Source: Candidatus Gygaella obscura
Lineage (GTDB): Bacteria > Omnitrophota > Gorgyraeia > Gygaellales > Gygaellaceae
DNA: 64,000 nucleotides
Direction of reading: 5' to 3'
Assembly: GCA_030765485.1 (NCBI GenBank)
Contig: JAVCCR010000031.1
Coordinates: 17,359-81,358 of the forward strand
Of this stretch, positions 57,519 through 64,000 are shown in pieces. Positions within the stretch are counted from its first letter, which is position 1. Each line of letters starts with the position of its first letter. The notes below the pieces were generated by a model. It was not told where the DNA came from. It did no database searches and worked only from the letters and a program-made list of their open reading frames with translations. The position numbers and the translations under genes were made by a program.

Positions 57519-58970
57519 ATGGATAGAGATGTTTTAGAGAGGATTGATGAATTTACTTGGCGCATTCCTAAGAGTTATAAAAAAGGCATGCGCGTTGACG
57601 GAGTTATTTATGCAAATGAAAAGCTACTTGAAGATTTATTGAAAGATAAGGCTACCGAACAGGTAGCTAATGTTGCGTTTTTGCCTGGTATTGTCAAAGC
57701 TTCTTTGGCCATGCCTGATATTCACTGGGGTTATGGTTTTCCCATAGGTGGTGTGGCAGCAACAGATATTGAAGCAGGCGGAGTGATTTCTCCCGGTGGA
57801 GTAGGTTTTGATATTAATTGTGGGGTAAGGCTTTTAAGGAGTGACCTAGAAGTTAAAGACATAAAAACAAAACTAGAATTATTAATAAACACGATGTTTA
57901 GTGATATTCCAAGTGGAGTAGGTTCAAGCGGTCAGATTGTATTAAATAGTAAAGACTCAAAAGAGATTCTAATTAAAGGTGCAAGATGGGCTGTTGAAAA
58001 AGGTTTTGGTACAGAGCAGGATTTAGAGGTTACAGAAGATAATGGTTTTATGGAAGGCGCTGATATTGAAACTGTATCTAAAAGGGCATTGGAAAGAGGT
58101 AAGTTTCAATCAGGTACCTTAGGTTCAGGTAATCACTTTTTGGAAGTTCAGGTCGTGGATGAAATCTTCGATGAAAAAATAGCACAAACTTTAGGTTTGT
58201 TTAAGAATCAGGTGACGGTTATGATTCATTCCGGTTCAAGGGGTTTTGGTTATCAGGTATGTGATGAGTATGCTCGTAAGATGATACGATGTCTTGATAA
58301 ATATGATATAAGTGTTCCTGATAAGCAGCTTGCATGCGCTCCTTTAAACTCAGCTGAGGGGAAAAGTTACTTTTGTGCTATGAAATGTGCTGCTAATTAT
58401 GCCTGGGCAAATAGGCAGTGCCTGATGCATTTGGTGCGCAGCTGCTTTGCAAAAGTCTTTAATGCTTCCTGGAGTTCTTTAGGTTTACAGCTTATATATG
58501 ATGTTGCGCATAATATAGCAAAGATTGAAAAGCATGTTGTGGATGGTAAACAGAAACTTCTTTGCGTACACAGAAAAGGCGCAACGCGCTCCTTTGGACC
58601 AGGTCAAAGCGAACTGCCTTTAAAATACAGGTCTATAGGGCAACCTGTTATTGTGCCGGGAGACATGGGGACAAGTTCTTATTTATGCGTGGGAACAGAT
58701 ACGGCTATGGAAAAGACCTTTGGGAGTTCTTGTCATGGTGCAGGAAGGGTTAAATCAAGGACACAGGCGGCGCGAACGATAAATTTAAATGTATTATTGA
58801 AGGAATTGCAATCTAAAGGTATAATAGTCAAAGCAAAAGGCAATAAAACTATAGTTGAGGAAGCGCCTTCTGCTTATAAGGATATAGATCAGGTAATCGA
58901 AGTTGTAAATGCCTCTGGTATAGCTAAAAAGATTGTTCGCTTTAAGCCATTAGGTGTAATAAAAGGATAA
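57519..58970 (+). CDS. rtcB: RNA ligase RtcB
   Basis: MPDIHWGYGFPIG, DINCG, GSGNHF, HSGSRG, AHNIA, HRKG, CHGAGR, EEAPSAYK. The start may be TTG 57510 or ATG 57519. Confidence 0.96.
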   Translation: MDRDVLERIDEFTWRIPKSYKKGMRVDGVIYANEKLLEDLLKDKATEQVANVAFLPGIVKASLAMPDIHWGYGFPIGGVAATDIEAGGVISPGGVGFDINCGVRLLRSDLEVKDIKTKLELLINTMFSDIPSGVGSSGQIVLNSKDSKEILIKGARWAVEKGFGTEQDLEVTEDNGFMEGADIETVSKRALERGKFQSGTLGSGNHFLEVQVVDEIFDEKIAQTLGLFKNQVTVMIHSGSRGFGYQVCDEYARKMIRCLDKYDISVPDKQLACAPLNSAEGKSYFCAMKCAANYAWANRQCLMHLVRSCFAKVFNASWSSLGLQLIYDVAHNIAKIEKHVVDGKQKLLCVHRKGATRSFGPGQSELPLKYRSIGQPVIVPGDMGTSSYLCVGTDTAMEKTFGSSCHGAGRVKSRTQAARTINLNVLLKELQSKGIIVKAKGNKTIVEEAPSAYKDIDQVIEVVNASGIAKKIVRFKPLGVIKG

Positions 58971-58971
58971 A

Positions 58972-60240
58972 ATGCTAGATATAAAGTTTATTGCAGAAAA
59001 TAAAGAATTGGTTGAAAAGTCTTTAAAAGACAGAAAACTCGAGATTGATCTTGATCATATCTTAGAGCTTAATGAGAAGCGCAAGAAAGTTCTTGTTGAG
59101 CTGGATGAATTGCGCAGAAAACAAAATTTGGCTAACGATGGAATAACAAAGCTTCTTAAAGAGAAAAAAGATGCTAAAGAGACTATTGCTTCCATGAAGG
59201 CAATCTCTCATGCAAAAGATAAACTCGAGGATGATTCAAAGAATATCATTAATGTTTTAAATAAGCTGCTTTTAACTATACCTAACTTGGTAGATTTGTC
59301 AGTTCCCGTAGGTAGTGCGCAGGTTAATAAGATAATTAGAACCGAGGATAATATAAGAAAGTTTGATTTTAAGCCGGCAACTCATATTGAGTTAAGCGAG
59401 CAGCTTGATGTTATTGATTTTGCCAGGGCCGCTAAGCTTACGGGGTCAAACTTCGTTCTTTTTAAAGGCTGGGGTGCAAGGTTAGAGCGTGCTTTGATAA
59501 ATTTTATGTTGGATTTTCATCAGAAGAATCATGGATATAAGGAAGTTCTTGTACCATTTTTGGTAAATGCTGATTCTATGACTGGCACAGGACAGCTTCC
59601 TAAAATGGAAGACGATATGTATGCTTTAAAAGAAGATGGGTTATATTTAATTCCCACTGCAGAAGTTCCTATTACTAATATTCACCGTAATGAAATTCTA
59701 GACGAAGAAACGCTGCCTATTTATTATATGGGTTATTCAGCATGTTTTAGAAGAGAAGCCGGTTCATACGGTAAAGACACGCGCGGTTTATCAAGAGTAC
59801 ATCAGTTCGATAAAGTGGAGTTGGTGAAATTTGTAAAACCTGCTGATTCATATAAGGAATTAGAAAGTTTGGTAAATAATGCAGAGGCAATCCTTAAAGC
59901 ACTTGATTTGTCTTATAGGGTGGTTTTACTGTCTACTCAAGATTTAAGTTTTGCATCAAGCAAGACTTACGACTTGGAAATTTATGCATCAGGAATTGAT
60001 AAGTGGCTTGAGGTTTCAAGCTGCAGCAATTTCGAAAGTTTCCAGGCAAGGCGTGCCAATATCCGTTTTAGGGGGAAAGAAACTAAAAAACTACAGTATG
60101 TGCATACTCTTAACGGTTCCGGAGTTGCGTTGCCGCGGCTTGTAATTGCGATTATGGAGAATTATCAGAATTCCGATGGCAGCATTACGATACCAGAGGT
60201 TTTAAGAAAATATTTGGATGGACAGACAAAAATTAGCTAG
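58972..60240 (+). CDS. serS: Serine-tRNA ligase
   Basis: MLDIK, coiled-coil arm, GTGQLPK, PTAEVP, FRREAG, HQFDKVE, EVSSCSN, TLNGSG. Confidence 0.98.
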   Translation: MLDIKFIAENKELVEKSLKDRKLEIDLDHILELNEKRKKVLVELDELRRKQNLANDGITKLLKEKKDAKETIASMKAISHAKDKLEDDSKNIINVLNKLLLTIPNLVDLSVPVGSAQVNKIIRTEDNIRKFDFKPATHIELSEQLDVIDFARAAKLTGSNFVLFKGWGARLERALINFMLDFHQKNHGYKEVLVPFLVNADSMTGTGQLPKMEDDMYALKEDGLYLIPTAEVPITNIHRNEILDEETLPIYYMGYSACFRREAGSYGKDTRGLSRVHQFDKVELVKFVKPADSYKELESLVNNAEAILKALDLSYRVVLLSTQDLSFASSKTYDLEIYASGIDKWLEVSSCSNFESFQARRANIRFRGKETKKLQYVHTLNGSGVALPRLVIAIMENYQNSDGSITIPEVLRKYLDGQTKIS

Positions 60241-60838
60241 GATATTTTTAAATACATTAAAGCTTATTCTGGGGTTGTTGATACTTCCTTTTGTAATAAG
60301 CGTGACCATAGTTTTTATTAAGTACATTTCTCAGATTGAAAAAGTTGCGCTGAGCTATTTTATAAACGGGATGGTGTTTTTTTTGGTGTTGTATCTATTT
60401 GTGTATGAACCGAGGTTTTTTTATAAGAAGGGTCAGCATTTTTTAGAGGTGGTATTCCGTTTTTTTGCTCCTTTGGTTAAGACTGCTCCTTATGTTTTAC
60501 CGATATATGTGATTATTTTCGGTCTTCTACATTTTGTTTTAAGATTATTTAGCGATTCTGTTTATATTTTATATTATTCGCTTTTTTTATGTAGTTTTTC
60601 ACTAATCATGCATCTGAGTTTTAGTGCTCGGATTTTACGTCCAAAAAGAATTGAATATGCTAGTATCGCTAATTATATTTTTGCGATTTCTATAATATAT
60701 ATTGTAAATATTTTAGTTTTTGGTAGTATACTTAATTTTATGTTGGAGTCTTTTTCTTTTTCCGGATTATTCAATGGATCTGTGGATTTGACAAAAGCGA
60801 TTTATTCAAGTATTTTCAATCAGTTATTTGTCAGTTAG
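60218..60838 (+). CDS. Hypothetical multi-pass membrane protein
   Basis: Five to six hydrophobic segments, overlaps the end of serS. Confidence 0.7.
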   Translation: MDRQKLARIFLNTLKLILGLLILPFVISVTIVFIKYISQIEKVALSYFINGMVFFLVLYLFVYEPRFFYKKGQHFLEVVFRFFAPLVKTAPYVLPIYVIIFGLLHFVLRLFSDSVYILYYSLFLCSFSLIMHLSFSARILRPKRIEYASIANYIFAISIIYIVNILVFGSILNFMLESFSFSGLFNGSVDLTKAIYSSIFNQLFVS

Positions 60839-60844
60839 GTATAG

Positions 60845-60932
60845 GGAGGAGTGGCAGAGTGGTCGAATGCGGCGGTCTTGAAAACCGTTGAGGCGCAAGT
60901 TTCCAGGGGTTCGAATCCTCTCTCCTCCGCCA
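60845..60932 (+). tRNA. tRNA-Ser(UGA)
   Basis: Acceptor GGAGGAG/CTCCTCC, anticodon arm GCGGT-CTTGAAA-ACCGT, long variable arm, G73 and encoded CCA. Confidence 0.95.
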
Positions 60933-60961
60933 TTTTAAACAGAAGAAAAAAGGAGGGAAGT

Positions 60962-61237
60962 ATGGAAGAATTAACAATTTTTGACTTTATGAAGGATTTT
61001 GTTCTTTGGTTAAGCCCGGTTGTGTTTGCTGTTGGGGTACTTCTTGTTTTGTCTCCTAAGTTATTTGGAAAGATAGAAGGTTCTTTAGGTAAGGAAATTG
61101 GCGGGATAAAGAAAAAAGTTATTCCTCAACTTGAGATGAATATTGAAAGTTTTCAAAATTGGATGTTAAAAAAGAATAATGTTGTTGGTCTTATTTTAGT
61201 GGTTTTATCATTTGTTTTCTTTTTGCTGCTTAGATAA
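60962..61237 (+). CDS. Small membrane protein (91 aa)
   Basis: AAGGAGG SD before ATG 60962, two TM segments. The longer ORF call starts inside the tRNA. Confidence 0.7.
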   Translation: MEELTIFDFMKDFVLWLSPVVFAVGVLLVLSPKLFGKIEGSLGKEIGGIKKKVIPQLEMNIESFQNWMLKKNNVVGLILVVLSFVFFLLLR

Positions 61238-61250
61238 TAGTCTTTTTCCT

Positions 61251-61338
61251 GGAGAGATGCCAGAGTGGTTGAATGGGCCTGTCTCGAAAACAGGTAGGTG
61301 CTTATAGTGCCTCGCAGGTTCAAATCCTGCTCTCTCCG
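61251..61338 (+). tRNA. tRNA-Ser(CGA)
   Basis: Acceptor GGAGAGA/TCTCTCC, anticodon arm CCTGT-CTCGAAA-ACAGG, long variable arm, G73, no CCA. Confidence 0.94.
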
Positions 61339-61355
61339 AAAAAAATACCATTCAT

Positions 61356-61446
<91 letters not shown>

Positions 61447-61515
61447 GTTTATTAACTGCAGTTTATTCTTAGAGTATTTGATATGATATACTTGTTAATA
61501 GTATAATAGATTACT

Positions 61516-61791
61516 TTGAAAAGAGAAAATAGTATAAAATTAAATTCTGGATTTGTGGGAATATTGGGTATTTTGTTTACATTGGTTATAATTTGTATTC
61601 TTATTCTTATTATGTTTAAAGGTTATGGCAATAAGGGAATTTTTAATAAAGAGATGAAAAGAGTCTTGTCAAAAGAAGGTATAGACACCTCAACTTATAA
61701 GACAACTATTGATTCTACAAAGAAAAAATTAAATAGAATTAATAAAGATTATAACGATCGTTTAAAACAATTAGATCAGTTAGGGCAGTAG
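61516..61791 (+). CDS. Small single-TM protein with a prepilin-like N-terminus
   Basis: Charged leader, then G-F and a ~20-residue hydrophobic run. TTG start. Confidence 0.6.
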   Translation: MKRENSIKLNSGFVGILGILFTLVIICILILIMFKGYGNKGIFNKEMKRVLSKEGIDTSTYKTTIDSTKKKLNRINKDYNDRLKQLDQLGQ

Positions 61792-61795
61792 CTTA

Positions 61796-62317
61796 GTGAG
61801 AAAAAAGATTTTTTTATGTATTTGTTGTTTAGTTTTTGTTTTTTTTGCTAAAGATGTTAGCTATTCCCAAGAAACCCGTACGGGCGCAACCCCACCTTAT
61901 AAAAAACCGCTTTTGGATATCAAGGTAACTACTGATAAAGAGTTTTATTTGTCCACAGATTTGGTAAAAATAACAATAAAAAATAATATTGATAAGAGTA
62001 TTTTTATGCATATAAATACTTTTTGTATAAACCATATTGGTTCTTATGATGGTGAGAAGTTTTCAGCTTATTGTGATTATCCTGATTGTGTCTATGATAT
62101 GGATGCTCCCGATGAGATAAAACCCGGCGAAAGCGTAGAATTTATGTGGCAGCTGCGTTATTACAATAGAACAAAAAAAGAAATGGCAGATTTAATACCT
62201 GGTGATTATTGTTTAGTTACTTCATACCAGATTAGAGAAGGTGATGAAAGTGTTAGATGGAAGTGGTTATTGCAGAATTCCAATAAATTTACTATTGCAG
62301 AAATACCTGTTGAATAA
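61796..62317 (+). CDS. Exported hypothetical protein, probably Ig-like beta-sandwich
   Basis: Signal peptide and pattern VTTDKEFY..VKITIKN..IKPGES..W..PGDY. Confidence 0.65.
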   Translation: MRKKIFLCICCLVFVFFAKDVSYSQETRTGATPPYKKPLLDIKVTTDKEFYLSTDLVKITIKNNIDKSIFMHINTFCINHIGSYDGEKFSAYCDYPDCVYDMDAPDEIKPGESVEFMWQLRYYNRTKKEMADLIPGDYCLVTSYQIREGDESVRWKWLLQNSNKFTIAEIPVE

Positions 62318-62328
62318 AAGTTAATTAA

Positions 62329-62357
62329 TTGACAATTAAGGGCTGTTGATGTAATAT
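62329..62357 (+). promoter_or_regulatory. sigma70-type promoter for tRNA-Arg(ACG)-tadA-tRNA-Ser(GCU)
   Basis: TTGACA (62329-62334), 17 nt, TAATAT (62352-62357). Confidence 0.7.
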
Positions 62358-62386
62358 ACCACTCACTGTTTTAGATATTCTACCTT

Positions 62387-62460
62387 GCGCCTGTAGCTCA
62401 ATTGGATAGAGCATCAGCCTACGGAGCTGGTTGTTGCAGGTTCGAATCCTGCCAGGCGCA
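62387..62460 (+). tRNA. tRNA-Arg(ACG)
   Basis: Acceptor GCGCCTG/CAGGCGC, anticodon loop CTACGGA, T-arm GCAGG-TTCGAAT-CCTGC. Confidence 0.95.
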
Positions 62461-62472
62461 TAATTATATGTA

Positions 62473-62937
62473 ATGATAAATTCTCACCAAAAATTCATGC
62501 AACTAGCTTTAAAAGAAGCAGTTAGAGCTTCTGAAGAAGATGAAGTTCCTGTTGGTGCTGTTGTTGTCTACAAAGATAGGGTCATTGGCAAGTCATACAA
62601 TCAGGTAGAGCGCCTTAAAGACCCAACAGCTCATGCTGAGATGATCGCTATTACCCAGGCAAGCCATTTTTTAAACTGCAAATGGTTGAATGATTGTTCT
62701 GTTTATGTTACAATTGAGCCTTGCCCGATGTGTGCTGGAGCTCTTGTGCTAGCTAGGGTTAAAAACGTTATTTTTGCAGCAGCTGATCTAAAATCTGGTG
62801 CATGCGGTTCAGTGGTTGATATAACTAACAGTAAAGAACTTAATCACCGTATCAAGATAACAAAAGGTATCCTAGAGCAGGAAGCAAGAGATCTTTTACA
62901 GGAGTTTTTTAGGAAAAAAAGAAAAGCAAAAACTTGA
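62473..62937 (+). CDS. tadA: tRNA adenosine(34) deaminase
   Basis: DEVPVGAV, DPTAHAE, EPCPMC, KSGACGS, LNH, LLQEFF. Confidence 0.95.
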   Translation: MINSHQKFMQLALKEAVRASEEDEVPVGAVVVYKDRVIGKSYNQVERLKDPTAHAEMIAITQASHFLNCKWLNDCSVYVTIEPCPMCAGALVLARVKNVIFAAADLKSGACGSVVDITNSKELNHRIKITKGILEQEARDLLQEFFRKKRKAKT

Positions 62938-62941
62938 GCTT

Positions 62942-63033
62942 GGAGAGGTGGCTGAGTGGCCGAAAGCAGTTGCCTGCTAAGCAATTGGTCCGGGTAACTG
63001 GACCCCTGGGTTCGAATCCCAGCCTCTCCGCCA
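62942..63033 (+). tRNA. tRNA-Ser(GCU)
   Basis: Acceptor GGAGAGG/CCTCTCC, anticodon arm GTTGC-CTGCTAA-GCAAT, long variable arm, CCA. Confidence 0.95.
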
Positions 63034-63046
63034 TTATAAAAAAGCT

Positions 63047-63676
63047 ATGGAAAAAATAAAAATATTGATTTTAGTTATATTGTTGATGTTTTCTACATCA
63101 GTTTGTTTTTCCTATTGGCAGGAGCCAGTTTATAAAATAGATACTGGTTATAGATATGACTTGAGACATCCGGATAAGGATATTTATTTTGTCTCTTTAC
63201 AGGCTAGCTTAGAATATGAAGATTTGTTTGAAGATTTAGATGTTATTATTAGGCCGTTTGTTAATTTTAACTGGAATCAGGATAGGAATATCTGGGAGCA
63301 TAAAGAGCTAGCAGTTGCGCTAGATGTGCCTTTGACAGATTGGTTTACTTTAACGCAGGATGTGAGGGCAAGTTGGTATAAGGAAGACATGCGCAATTAC
63401 GGCATCATTGAAAAAGAGTATTTCACGGAAAGCGCAACCACGATTTTGTTAAAGCATGTTTTACTGGATAATACAAAATTAAAATTAGAAGGATTTTTTG
63501 CTAATACCTACCTTTTTAATCTTGATAAAGGTGAAGCAACGCGTAATGAATTATGCGTTGGTTTCATCTTTCCGGTTAATGAACATTTTAAATCACAGAT
63601 TGACTGGCGTCATATCGACAGGATCCATTATTACGATTCAGATACTTTAGAAGCTTTAATTACTTGGGAATTTTAG
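63047..63676 (+). CDS. Putative outer-membrane beta-barrel protein
   Basis: Signal peptide, alternating aromatic/polar strands, C-terminal ITWEF. Confidence 0.65.
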   Translation: MEKIKILILVILLMFSTSVCFSYWQEPVYKIDTGYRYDLRHPDKDIYFVSLQASLEYEDLFEDLDVIIRPFVNFNWNQDRNIWEHKELAVALDVPLTDWFTLTQDVRASWYKEDMRNYGIIEKEYFTESATTILLKHVLLDNTKLKLEGFFANTYLFNLDKGEATRNELCVGFIFPVNEHFKSQIDWRHIDRIHYYDSDTLEALITWEF

Positions 63677-63678
63677 AT

Positions 63679-64000
63679 ATGTCTTATGTAGTCTTTGCCA
63701 GAAAATGGCGACCACAGAACTTTAAGCAGGTTATTGGCCAAGATGAGGTTGTAAAGCGGCTTAAAAATGCGATTACTCAAGATCGTTTAGGGCATGCTTT
63801 TTTGTTTGCCGGGCCACACGGCGTGGGTAAGACTTCTACAGCCAGAATATTGGCTAAGTCTTTGAATTGTTTAAAAAACGGCGCATCAGTTAATCCTTGT
63901 AATGAGTGTGCTTCATGTAAGGAGATTGCCGAAGGAAGGAGTCTTGATGTTATTGAAATCGACGGCGCCTCCAATAGAGGTATTGATGAGATTCGCTCCT
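63679..64000 (+). CDS. dnaX: DNA polymerase III subunit gamma/tau (5' part, runs off the window; absent from the ORF track)
   Basis: Translates as MSYVVFARKWRPQNFKQVIGQ...HAFLFAGPHGVGKTSTARILAKSLNC...PCNECASC...DVIEIDGASNRGIDEIR. Confidence 0.96.
   Translation, partial: MSYVVFARKWRPQNFKQVIGQDEVVKRLKNAITQDRLGHAFLFAGPHGVGKTSTARILAKSLNCLKNGASVNPCNECASCKEIAEGRSLDVIEIDGASNRGIDEIRS

Noticed and set aside
62453-62481. dif-like sequence CAGGCGCATAA-TTATATG-TAATGATAAAT
   Set aside because: It resembles E. coli dif, but the spacer is 7 bp, the inner TTAT of the XerD arm is broken, it is composed of a tRNA 3' end and the tadA start, and gene orientation does not switch here. Probably coincidental.

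Overview
AT-rich, densely coded chromosomal segment of a diderm (lipid A-producing) bacterium. Almost all genes lie on the + strand. Gene order and fusions are reminiscent of Candidatus Omnitrophota (inference, not verified). Content is mostly housekeeping: Lrp/aminotransferase, REC and GAF-ANTAR signalling genes, DUF1846, purF, lpxB/gnnA-like/msbA, rpsB-tsf-pyrH-frr, a PTS-metK-ahcY-pfkA-fba operon, ilv/leu/aro genes with interposed extra genes, dprA-topA-xerC, a lipid A/core cluster with two gene fusions, archease-DUF4139-rtcB-serS, tadA and the start of dnaX. Ten tRNA genes were read directly from the sequence, including all four tRNA-Ser isoacceptors behind serS and both Arg(ACG) and Arg(UCG). 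No CRISPR array, rRNA, transposase or phage gene set was seen. The most unusual features lie in a ~7 kb accessory stretch (48.3-55.5 kb): a cytoplasmic zincin peptidase / Ddl-like ATP-grasp gene pair, and a signal-peptide-bearing S74 'tail-fibre' protein bracketed by a 142-bp diverged direct repeat, whose second copy begins in a long fold-back palindrome that creates a three-part chimeric 47-aa ORF. Other patterns worth checking are protein genes starting a few bases after tRNA 3' ends, and near-leaderless promoters.
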